From NCBI RefSeq assembly GCF_001194135.2, contig NC_068981.1, positions 98,062,931 to 98,126,930 on the forward strand: DNA of 64,000 nucleotides. The letters are read 5' to 3'. The position numbers and the translations under genes are program-made. Source of the stretch: Octopus bimaculoides (Eukaryota). Below, piece after piece: positions 52,211 to 64,000 of this stretch. Positions within the stretch are counted from its first letter, which is position 1. Each line of letters starts with the position of its first letter. Under the pieces are notes generated by a model. It made no database searches, was not told the DNA's origin, and saw only the letters and a program-made list of their open reading frames with translations.

Positions 52211-53914
52211 GCACCTATGTATCACTATATCTTGTGGAACTCCTAGCAACTACTCACAGAACACTAAGATTCCTGAGGATATTCAGCTTGAAAATGCTGA
52301 GCCAGGACTTAATGTTTTTGGAAGGCATGATTTATTAAAGAGAAGAAACAAGAAGTGTGTTAAGTTGCTGTTTAACCCTGGGTCAGTCTTGCTCCAACAG
52401 ACCTTATCATCAAAGACATCTCCAATGTGTCTTTTGTTGCTATTCTTAGCATGTTTTCCCAGACACAAACTTTCTATAACATTGCCTAATGCACCTTTCC
52501 TATTCTTCAAACAGTAGGGCATGATTTAAGGGAGATTTGCAACTATTTTGAGCAGGCTGAGAGATAGCCTATAAAGAATCCCCCTGATTTAGGAGTGCAT
52601 GCAACAGGAAATGTCAACAAGGTCTCTACGGAAAAGAGAGAAAGAGATATGTGGAGACGAGGAGAGAAGAGAGATATAAAGTTGCAGGCAGCTACACTTG
52701 TGAATGTCAATATGAATAATCAAAACAAAGATAAGGTAACTAGTTCTCATATTTTGTTTATTCTCTTTTATAATTATTTCTTTGTGATAATGTCAACAAG
52801 TTGGTCAAACACAACTGAACAAAACTGTCTGTCTGTCTGTCTGTTTTTATTTGTGGTGTGTGTGTGTGTTCCTGATATGTGTGTATATATTGTTTGTATG
52901 CATTCATGATCTCACTCTCTATATGTATATTTATTGTATGTGAGTGTATTTGTGTTCATGATCTCTGTACAAGGGTGTGTTTGCAATTTTCCTTAATATT
53001 TGTTGTGTATGAAAGACAGAATACTCATAGCATACTCATTACACATACAGTGGTGTTTATACATGAAGTCTCATATATAAATACATATACTGTTTTCTCT
53101 ATATTTTACATGCCTAATATGATGCTGACATCCCCACCCAGCCAATCAATATATAATTTACCCATACAAATGGTATCAACATACATAACTTCTCTCTCTC
53201 TCTCTTCTCTCTCCCCCATTGTAGTAATAAACAGTAATATTATAAACATCTTATGATCATATCTCTGCTCTTTATCTTCTCCAACAGATATATCAATAAA
53301 CATAGCAGTGCTACGTTAAGTGCATATGATATCTTCCTCACACCATCATCTAGATATCATAATAAACATAGAAATGTTATGAAATTGTGATAAAACAAGA
53401 GTTGCAGATTTCGTTATTCAATAAATATCAAGGTCTTACTATATGCAATCTAATATGAATTTTGAAATAACAAACCCAAAACACACACACACAGACATGC
53501 ATGCACACTCAATATACACTCTCTCTTACACACACACAAGAATACAAAGAAAAAGCTACCCTCCAGGAAAAATAATTTTTAACTCAACATCAAATATCAT
53601 GTGAACCATCTAGAATGAAAATAAAATTATTCTGACAACCAAAATGTTATTTATTTATGTTTGAAAAGCATTTATCTTATTTATCAACTCTTTATAAGCT
53701 TCCCTGCTGGAAATGAATATTACTCTCCACATTCTGCCATTAAAATACAACTGAAATATTTAACCCTTCGAAGACAATGTTTCTTAATGAAATACAATGC
53801 CCATGTGTTTCAATTATGTTCACAAATAATTAAGAATTTGGTTGACTTAGATATCAAATTTCAGAACCTAATTTAAAAGCTTTTGCAAGAAATTTTGATG
53901 GATGGGCTTTGTGC

Positions 53915-53946
<32 letters not shown>

Positions 53947-54461
53947 CATCATTTAATTTTTTTAATAATATGAACACTTTAAAATAAACTATTTTGTATC
54001 ACAAACCAGAGGCAGAGTCTGGCAAGGGTTAAACAAATTGTAGAAATGAACTCTTCCAATTCAAAGTAATTCTGATACATCATTTTATTACGCAACTGCA
54101 AATTATTAAATTTAGATATCTATACACGCACACACCGTAACTCAGCCACTTTGCCTCCATGAGGCTCAACACTTAATAAAAGTCATCTTCATTTTGTTTT
54201 CGATTTTGGTTAGAATTGGAGGTGTGGTATGGGACTAGCTGTGTTGTTTCCAGATACCTTCCAAGATGACAATAATTCTGCATTCTCCTACTTCAAAGCA
54301 ATTCTCACTCCATCTTCACTCCAGATATAATCAAGCAATGCGATGTATATCACTACCCATCATGGCAAAATGAAGGTCATCATGCTGATAAAAAAAAAAT
54401 TCTTCATGTGCTTGCTCCACCTGCTAATAATTTTTGTGAAATCTTTCTTATCACATCCATC

Positions 54462-54507
<46 letters not shown>

Positions 54508-54709
54508 TGCGTACGTGTGTGTGTAGGAAGGATACACTAGACAATGGAGCCCAAGATATACAAAAGATTAAGATAGTTATGGTTGAAATGTTTTTGAAAT
54601 TTGACAGACAGAAACTATGAAACACACACACACACACACACTCACACACACAAAACCTAAACAATTAAGGTTTTTTAAAGCATAAATGAGGTTATCACCA
54701 CCAACCACT

Positions 54710-55060
54710 ATCATTATCTAATGTTTGCTCCCCATGGTTGCATGAGTGGGCATTCAGCAGGATCTTATCAATCAGAGGAGCATGTCAGGCTCCAGTGTCT
54801 GTTTGGGCATCATTTCTACAGCTAGATGCCTTTCCTAAGTACATTGCAGGTAAGTACATCATAACATATACATCACCTGTAATTTCATTCCAGAGTAATT
54901 ATATTTTGTGCCAATAGATCATAGGTAAAATTCATAGTCATACCAAATACATCATTCGTAAATTCATTGTCATGTTTTGTTGCCTTTTTTAATTATTATT
55001 TATTACAGAATAAATACAAAACTTAACACTATTTACAGAGAGAACCAAGTGCTTTTAATG
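54710..55060 (-). mobile_element. SINE family C interrupted by a 200-bp local duplication
   Basis: gatgcctttcctaa | insert | cagagagaaccaagtgcttt; the family continues cctaacgccaacc...agagtgt as at 18951. Confidence 0.7.
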
Positions 55061-55842
55061 GATTTATTTTTATTTTTTGTGGAACTAACTATTGAGGTCA
55101 CTTCACAATTTGCAAAACTAAAGGAGTTAAAGGGGTTCCTATAACTGAAGGAAAATAAAAGCAAGACAGAATGTGATGATTTGGGGCTAGGTGATGAGAG
55201 AGGATAAAGTTTGATAACAGGAACAATTTATAGCTATGAGAAGGTTATAGCAGAGAGAGATTAATAAAGTAGACACTAATAAGGGAAAGAGTATGAAAGG
55301 AACAGGGGAAAGAGAAGGGATTACTAGTGACTAGTGATAGAGGGAGTGAAAGAGTGGTGAGGTTGATAGATGGGTTGCATGGAGGAGGGTCCAAGGTTAT
55401 CCTAAATTTTAAGGGCAAATAAGGGTGAATATGGACAGGTGTGAGAACAAGGGAACATCAAAGAAAAAAAAATAAATGAGAATGTTTAGGATCAAGAGAG
55501 ACTCATTGACAGAGTGGCATGGGGCTCATGGGAAGTGTAAGCCAGAGATATGAAATTGTTGATGTGGTGCAGAAGCTGTAGGGAGAGGACAATGAAAGAA
55601 AAGAGGTCAAGAAGGAGTGATGGATAGCAGTGAGTGAGTGAGCAAGCATCACAGGTGATGAGAGGAAAGGTAGGATGATGACTGAAGTGAATCAAGAGAT
55701 AGATGGAGGAAGGAAAAAGGGCACAGGTAGAGCGATAAAGATAGACCAATACAGTCTCTCATACACAGGCCAGTGTAAACAGTTGAAATTTTTTAGGGTT
55801 TAATATATCTATCCATTGTATGTATATGTGTATATATATATA

Positions 55843-56072
55843 GTCACTTAGATTGTAGTCATGCTGGAGCACCACCTTGAAGGGTTTAGTCAAACAAACT
55901 GATCCCAGAACTTTTTTTAAATCCTGGTACTTATTCTATCTGGCTCTTTAGCCAAACTGTCAAACTTTACAGGGATGTAAACAAACCAACACCAATCGTG
56001 AAGCAGTGGGTGGATGGACACGCACACACAAAGGGCTTCTTTCAGTTTCCATCTACCAAATCTACTCGCATG
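55843..56072 (-). mobile_element. SINE family B, tail two-thirds
   Basis: catgctggagcaccaccttgaagggtttagtc ... ccaaatctactcgc. Confidence 0.8.
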
Positions 56073-57050
56073 GCTTAAGACAAGTGACAACTAGTGTTAA
56101 GGAAATACCTCACTAATATTGAACAGATGTAATAAACACACCCATATAACATTTTATACGATAAGCCAATAAGAGAGCCTTTACATTGGTCATCAGCCTA
56201 TTAGAACTATTCAGATCTCTTTAAAATCACACCCTACATATCTTGAAAGAGAACTTGTTTCTGCAATGTAGTTCAGTCTGTTTTATTGAAATCATATTTC
56301 AATGCTTGGAGTAAAGAGAAAGTAAAAAGGGATATATCAAAAGTAAAGCACAAAGGAAGTTTGAACAAAAGAAAAAGTATAACAACATTAACAAAGTAAC
56401 AGTGTAATAACAAAAGGGATGTGATCAGACTTTAAGAGTTAACCAAGTTGAACAACTAGAACTGCAATAAAGACTCAAATGCCTGCAGCAGGAGATTGCA
56501 AAAGAAGTAATTAATTTCTTTGTTTTGTTTGTGATCAAATAGCAATGATAAAAGCTGAATATTAGTTGATTACTAATTGGTATACTTGTAGGCAAGAAAT
56601 AACTACAATACATACAACATTACACATGCTGCCAGCAGAACACAGTGCAAAAAGAGGATAAAAAACTATGCAGTATAGAACTAAGATTTGGAAAAACAAT
56701 TTTGAACATTAATATCAATTCAAGGAAGTGTATTTGTTAGACTTGACAGCTTCAACAGCAATAACAGTTTCTCACATTGGCACACACCCGAAAATGCAAA
56801 AGAGATATGTTGTGTTTGTTGCCTGATATCCTTCCTGTCACCAACCCTCATCGTTTCCAGGAAAGGTAATACTTCCCCCATGGCCAGACATGTCTTCCAC
56901 AGAAGACTGGGAATGAACAACACTGCTTGAAAGACAATAGTGCTCATTTACAACCATCATGTGATGTCAAAACAACAGTACACACACACCATTCACTTGC
57001 TCATTCATTCATTCATTAATGCATACATGGATATGTACATACATCATACA

Positions 57051-57099
<49 letters not shown>

Positions 57100-57102
<3 letters not shown>

Positions 57103-57255
57103 ACAGGCTTCTTCCAGTTTCTGTCTACCAAATCCACTCACAAAGCTTTGATTAGTCTAGGGTTATAGCAAAAGACATTGTAGAAGGTGCCACACAGTGG
57201 AACTGAACCCAAGATCATATAGTTAGAATGCAAGCTTCCAAACCATGCAGCCACA
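57100..57255 (-). mobile_element. SINE family B head half
   Basis: caacaggcttcttccagtttctgtctaccaaatccactcac. Confidence 0.75.
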
Positions 57256-57309
57256 TATTTTGTCAAGAACCCTACCATACTAATGCTCTTACAAAGAAGA
57301 AGAAAACTA

Positions 57310-57590
57310 GAGACATTTAACAGAACACAGGGAATATTTGACAGGAAAAGATGAAAGTCATTTTACTGAAAACATGGGAATCACTTCAAATGAACGTCAG
57401 GAACATTTAGCAGTGCACACCAAGAATGTCTAACAGTGAACATTGCAAACATTTAACAAAGAACACAGGGATGGATGGAAATCTTTAACAGAGAACAACA
57501 AGCACATTTAAAATAGAACTCTGAAGATATTAACAAAAAAAAAAAAAGTACGAAGGACACCAAATAGAGAAAAACAGAGACATTTACTAC
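57310..57590. repeat. Degenerate minisatellite (unit near gaacatttaacagagaacaca)
   Basis: acatttaacag-like words recur about every 20-30 bp. Confidence 0.55.
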
Positions 57591-59499
57591 AAGAGGATAG
57601 CGTTTATCTTGAAAAATTATTCAGTTGCAACAACTGAAAACAACAAATCAAATATATCAAATAAAACAGATGGCAAACATGTTTAAGGACAACTTGTGTA
57701 AGTAACAATTGTAAATATTATCGTTCATTGTTTCATATAAGTAATGCATTACAAATGTTCTTAGGAGCTGGAGATTGGATATCACATGTAAACAAATGTT
57801 CGCAGTAAATTCATCATGGGTAATTCAACATAACTGCAAGCTGACAGAGTTGATAGTATGTTGGACAAAATACTTAGCAACATTTCTTCCAGCTCTTCAT
57901 ATTCTGAGTTCAAGTCCTACTGAGGCCAGTGTTACCTTTGATCTTTTTGGGGTCAATAAAATAAAGTATTAGTCAAATACTGGGGTTGATGTACTCAACT
58001 CGACCCCTTTCCCTTGAAATTTTCCTGTAACAAACCAGCATCCTGTTCAGAGAGAATGTTATGATCTCAGTCATTTATACAACATGAAAACCAGGTAACC
58101 AAACTTATGGTTGGCTCAAGGGCCTCAAGAAAAAAAAAAATTCAACATGAATAAGTACATTGCAGGTAAGTACATCATAACATATACATCACCTGTAATT
58201 TCATTCCAGAGTAATTATATTTTGTGCCAATAGATCATAGGTAAAATTCATAGTCATACCAAATACATCATTCGTAAATTCATTGTCATGTTTTGTTGCC
58301 TTTTTTTATTATTATTTATTACAGAATAAATACAAAACTTAACACTATTTAAAGAGATTCCATTTGCAGAAAACAGAATGAATATGTTGCATTTCATTAA
58401 CAATAAAACAAAAAACACAAACCACTCATCTTATGATCCAGAAACTTTTTAAGAATCATGTCAAAGAAACAAGTGAGAAACAAATAAAAACAAAGTAATG
58501 ACCAACCAATATATTGCAGTTACTATAGCAGAAATTCCATATTGAAAAAAGAAATATAAAGATAACCCAGTGAGAATTCAATGCATGAAACTTGTGAAAT
58601 ACTGGATTATTTAAGAGATACTGTTCATTATTGATCTTTTTTTAGAATGGTTCTTCCTTCCTCCAATCTAAAACAGTTACATTTTTTTTTACTGTGTGTG
58701 TGTATGTTTTTCAACAGTAACTGATTTGTTTTTCATGTATATCATGAGTACATTAGAGACGTTTTCTTTTTTGTCTTTGAATTTCTTTATCATTCTTAAT
58801 GAAATGTGATGAATTGACTCTGCAAACAAACAGTATGACAATGAATTTACTGATAATGTATTTGACATTACCATGAATTCACTAATGATGCATTAGCATA
58901 CTGGCCAATGAAATTAACATGATATAATTGCCAGCAATAAATCAAATGGCTACCATAAACAGACTATTAGAGAATGGGTCATATGAACCCCAGACCAATT
59001 CCATCACTCCACACACACAAAAAAAAAAATGACAAAAAACAATAAAACTTACTAATGGATTAATAGCAGAAGAATGGCCACTTTGGATTTAATGCATAAG
59101 AAGTACAGAAAAAACGATGCATTCAAAACTTAACAATGCCAGAAACAAACTGATACAAAATGATGATGACAATGTAAATAAAGAGCTAGATTAGTTTTCG
59201 CTCCTCAAGTCTTGCAAAACAGAAAAGGAATATGTTTCTATACTACATGCATATTTTACAGTGACATTCTACCTAAAAATCAACGTTATGACAATATGCC
59301 CATATAAATTTTGGGAGAGAAAATAGCCTGGATCTAAACATAATACTGAACTCCAAAAGACTAACGGAGGAGGAGTGTTGCTACTGCTGCTGCTACTACT
59401 AGCAGTTGATCTTCTCAACAAACAAAGAATCTAGGCTTCCACTAACCTTTTTTCAAGTTGCAGATACTGTTAGTCGCATCTCCTGACAGAGAAGACTTA

Positions 59500-59680
59500 A
59501 AAGGATACAAGGTTTTCAGTGGTTGATTTACATCTAACAAACTGATTTGGCAAAAGAGACCAACAGAATAAGTATCAAGCTTAAGAAATAAGTGCTAGAA
59601 TTGATTTGTTCAACTAAATCATTGAAGGTGGTGCCCCAGTATGACCACAGACCAATGAGTGAAATAAGCAAAAGATATAA
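59500..59680 (+). mobile_element. SINE family B tail half
   Basis: ggcaaaagagacc ... ttgaaggtggtgccccagtatg. Confidence 0.65.
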
Positions 59681-59689
59681 GAAAAGATA

Positions 59690-62150
59690 ATGTAAATTAC
59701 AAAAGCTAGACCTAACAAGTTCAAAGCAAAAACAAAAAATAAATAAATCACAACCATAAAACTCCTACAGAATACTGACACAAAAACTGAAATAGAACAA
59801 AAAAAAAAGAAAAGAAAATATAAGGAAGATTCAAGAATAGGAATTTCTAAAATGGAACTTATGACCATGACAATCTAAAGCTAGAAATAATTCAAGAATT
59901 ACAAACAACAGAAGAGCTTCCTGTGGACCAACAACAACACTTCTCAAGGATATAATTCAACAATATAACAACAACAAAAATTGCAAAACTGACTATCACA
60001 GACTTAATGAAAAGAAACACAATCATTAATATCACCTGATTAAATGAAATAATATACATAGCAGCCAGTGTAGTTATAAAGAGGATCTGAAGATCCTTCC
60101 TCATATCTACTCAATATAAGTAATTGAAAACCCACACAAACAACAAGGAAAACAAGTATAAAGGAAAAGAGAGAAAATAAGAGAAAAGATTTCGTAATCC
60201 TTAAGGAAGTCAATAATGAAATGACACAATGAGAGAGAAAAGAAAGGAGAAACTAATATTACAGAAATATAACAAAATGCAAATATCTGAAATTAAAGAA
60301 TGCCTGAAACAAGAGATCCTTGCTAAATCATAAAGAATCTGTTGGGATGAAAAAGTAACAAAGATTTTTTGAACAAAACAATCAATTAGATTCCAACCCA
60401 GAATGATATCAGAGCTTAATAAAAATACAATAGAAATCAATGGAGCACCAACAGCAAGAGAATTAGAGGAATTCTAAGGAGGAGTATTAGCAGGGAATAA
60501 TACATTATGATTAGTTTGTTCAAAACAATAAACACAGTATCTGTACAAATATGGGAAGCTATAACAAGACAAGAAATAGCCTAGATGCTGAGGTGGAGGG
60601 AGACAAAAACTAGAAGGCACCAGCACATGATATGATCCCTAACTTCTAGTTAAAATATTTGAGATTCATAAGGCATTAGTAAAGATGATTAATAAAACAC
60701 TGATGAGGCCAAAAACAACATTTGACTGGTTCACTGAGGAGAAAACTATCTTAATTGCAAAGATCTTGCTATTGTGAGAGCTTACAAATCTTTAACTGCA
60801 ATGTCAGAGAATAAATAAACATCCAATATCACTAACAACAATAATATCATGCTAGATTAGATAAAAAAAATTGAGAGAATTAGACAAAACAGACGAATAC
60901 TTAGGAAGCAATGAATTTGACAGTGTAACAAACACAAATGAAAATAAATGATTAAGAAGAGATACTATAGATGCATTAGGTGAATACTTAAAACACAACT
61001 AAATACCAACACCTTTATCCCCACCACCTCCAAAAATAACAACAAAATTGCAGCAAAACTACGTGAAAATATTTTTTCATTGTCAATATAAACATGGTAT
61101 CTGCCTGATTAAAACAGGGAGATGTGACATGCGCATTGTGATTTTATTCTGCTCTTCCATTTTGCAATTCCAGTGCACATTGCATGTTCATACTTCTTTT
61201 TCCAGTTCCTATTCAAAACTGTTTACTGATCACAACCATCTCATGGACCTGTGGTCATGAGAAGCACTTTGCACTCTGATGGTTGTGAGATCCCTAGTGG
61301 TGAGATGCCAGAATCATTGGCACACTAAGCAAAATTTTGCCAAAGCTGACTTTGCCTTTCGTCCTTTTGGGGTCAGTAAAATAAGTACCAGTTGAGCACT
61401 GGGGCTGATGTAATCGACTTGCTCCCTTCTCTGAAATTGCTGGCCTTGAGCCAAAATTTGAAACCAATATTCTGGTATCCCAGGAAGAAGTTATAGTTTT
61501 AACTGATTGCTAAGTAAACTAGCTAAACTAGGCAAAGAAAAAAGAAAAAAATATGATTCCATTTTCAATATACCATCCCAAATTTGATGTTGCAAGATTA
61601 TATTTACCACAAATACAAGAAGAATTGGGTGGGGGTTCTTATGCAAATGGAAAGTTATTATAAGATATTCATTATATGGCTACAAGAAAAATCTCATAAA
61701 AAATACTGGTAAATTAACAGAAAGAACTACAAAACAAAAACTTGTTTTCTGTCTTCAAGGAAGCCAACAGTTGAAGTGACAGAACTTTATGATAAGAGAA
61801 AAGAAACACCAGAAATTGTGTAAAAACTAAAAACTGAACTAAAAAGAATAAAATGAAAACCAGGATAGAAATAGACAAAGAATATTTGTAATGTTGGGTG
61901 GGAAACACAGAAGTCAAGGCTAAGACTAAAGGGTTCTAGATTGCAGAACAGAATTAAAACATTCCAAATAGAAATCCCCCAAAGCCTTACAATGAAGTAG
62001 AATATATTAAGTGACTCCAGATTATGTGGAGCTGGAGAAGAAATTATTAATCACATTGTCTCTAGCTGTCAAGTCTTAAACCATGGTGTGACAGAGTTGG
62101 GGGGCTTTTATATAAAAAGAGCAATACCAAGATTATAAAATGCCAAGATA
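59690..62150 (+). pseudogene. Heavily decayed, internally deleted R4/Dong-type non-LTR retrotransposon
   Basis: Collinear motif remnants: LNEIIYIAASVV, ECLKQEILAKS*RI, APTARELEEF, N*KAPAHDMIPNF*LKYL, DWFTEEKTILIAK, YLGSNE...KKRYYRCIR*ILKTQLN, KAKTKGF*IAEQN, RLCGAGEEIINHIVSSCQVL. Many stops and frameshifts, with SINE insertions. Confidence 0.75.
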
Positions 62151-62153
62151 CAT

Positions 62154-62415
62154 AGGTGCAGGCATGGCTGTGTGGTTAAGCAGTTCACTTTGAAATTACA
62201 TGGCTTCACGTTTAGTCCCACTCCACAGCAACTTGAACAAGAGTCTTCTACTATAGCCCCAGGTCAACCACTGCCTTGTGAGTGAATTTGGAAGATAGAA
62301 ACTGAGTGGAAGCCTTCCTCTGTGTGTGTGTTTTCTCCTCATCCATCACTGCTTGACAACCAGTGTTGCTTTGTTTATATCTCTGTAACATAGTAGTTCG
62401 GCAAAAGAGACCAAT
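62154..62415 (+). mobile_element. SINE family B, tail truncated
   Basis: aggtgcaggcatggctgtgtgg head through gttcggcaaaagagacc. Confidence 0.8.
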
Positions 62416-63477
62416 ATTGGAACAGTGACAACAACACTGATGATTTCTAACACTGGCACAAATGACCACAAATTTTGGAACAGAGTTGTGGTTAATTATA
62501 TCAACTCAGTACTCGACTAGAATTTACTTTAACTATTCAGGAAAATACACAAAATCAACTTTGGTAGGAATTGAAATCAAAATGCAAAGAGGTTTAACTA
62601 AATACCAAAATGTTTTTTATCCAACGCTCGGCTGATCTTAAAATGCTATTAGAGTTGATTACTGAGGGATGGTTGGAATATAGATGATAAGAATCAATGG
62701 CAATTTTTGAGGCTTAAACTCTGTGTTTATATAAATCTGTTTTATTGTTTTGATTCAGTTAGCTGATTATTCAAAATCAATTGTATCCAACGGCACTAAC
62801 AATTGCAAAACAAAAGGAAAAAAAGATTAATTTGATTGTTTTTAACAAGTTTTTACAGCTTTATTGTAGTAAGACATACAATCTCAACAACATACTCTGT
62901 TGCTATCAACATTATTATCATCATCATCATCTCTTTCAATATTCATTTTTTCTCTTCTCTCTTACATTTGTTAGACTTTTTCGTTTCGTTTTTATTACTG
63001 CCAAGTCCAAGACACAGGGGTGACACTAATAATGTTTGCATAGTGGTTGAGATTTATGTGGCTAATGTTCAGTTCAAGCTTTAACAACTATAGGTTGGAG
63101 TTAGTAGTAAGGAAACAATGGGTATAATAGTGGGAGTAACAAAGAAATAATTGCAGTTGACGAGGGGAAAGGGGAAACTTTTGGTAAAGAGCTAAGTGCA
63201 GATGAGACATAGTAAGAATGACAATAGGGGAAGCAGTTGCATTAGATTCGCTTTGGCAGAGGTGATAAGTAGATTGCTAGTTCAGAGAAACAGGGGCCAT
63301 AGTAGTAGCAGTAAAATTGACAGACAGGAAGCACAGCATATTTGTAGTATATTGGTTATAGCATATGTGAAAAGTGAATATTTCCCAATAGCTAAATTGC
63401 CTTTTTTTTTTTTTTTTGTATAGATAAGTTGCAGCTAGAAGCCATCTTGCCAATTGCGTAGCTGTGTAGTAATGTTA

Positions 63478-64000
63478 TCTTTTATCTTTTAATTGTTTCA
63501 GTCATTTGATTGTGGCCATGTTGCAGCATTGCCTTCAAAGATTTAGTCAAATAGGTCGACCCAATGTTTATTTTTAAGCCCTGGTACTTATTCTATCAGT
63601 ATATTTTGCTGAAATACTAGGATTACAGGGACACTAACAAATCAACACAAACTGTTGAATGGTGGTGGGAGGAGTAGTAGACAAACACAGATACACACAC
63701 TCTCTCACAATCACACACACACACACACACATGCAATGAGATTCTTTCAGCTTCCATTTACCAAATCGAATTTAAATCAAAGCTTTTCGTCAAAATTTCA
63801 TGTTAATTTATACCCTAAACATCAACTTAAATAATTGCAAAGTTGTATTACAAAATTTCATTATTTTCAAAATTAACTGAAGCAAAGGCAGCATACTTCA
63901 ATATTCAAATTCACTCACAAGACTTTGGTTTACCCAGTGTTATAGTAGAAGACATTTGCCCAAGGTGGCATGCTGTGGGTCTGAATCCACAACTACATGG
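63478..64000 (-). mobile_element. SINE family B with an internal 139-bp insertion, running off the window edge
   Basis: Motif order intact apart from 63768-63906. Confidence 0.8.

Noticed and set aside
54850-55008. Duplicated GTAAGT...TTACAG segment as a mobile intron (introner)
   Set aside because: The duplication extends 14 bp upstream and 27 bp downstream of the GT-AG pair, lies antisense to SPPL3, has only two local copies and does not interrupt an exon.
55400-55760. Purine-rich stretch with faint RTE C-terminal resemblance (VKK...RKGR)
   Set aside because: The similarity is too weak to separate from low-complexity sequence.

Overview
AT-rich, repeat-dense eukaryotic DNA with scaffold gaps. 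The SINE and MITE families look like octopus (coleoid cephalopod); this is recognition from memory, not a database result. There are no prokaryotic features and no CRISPR. The only host coding sequence I can support is one 78-bp minus-strand exon (7359-7436) translating to (x)AISVVDSSRLSTFVISILLIVYGSF(R), matching exon 2 of signal peptide peptidase-like 3 (SPPL3). I found neither exon 1 nor exon 3, so the window is probably part of intron 2 (1-7358) plus a very large intron 1 (7437 to possibly beyond 64000). The rest is several tRNA-derived SINE families, piggyBac-like and hAT-like MITEs, mariner/maT transposase remnants, RTE and R4/Dong LINE remnants, a possible solo LTR, and microsatellites. 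Most ORF-track entries are microsatellite or N-gap artefacts. Best leads: (1) a 272-bp module of tRNA-like head plus decayed minimal hammerhead ribozyme inside 35-bp inverted ends; (2) several short, nearly identical local copy-paste insertions lacking transposon hallmarks; (3) many long inverted repeats that could fold the pre-mRNA; (4) a sense-strand bias of the commonest SINE; (5) a candidate poison exon. Family letters A-F are my own working labels. Repeat boundaries are approximate unless fixed by a TSD or TIR.
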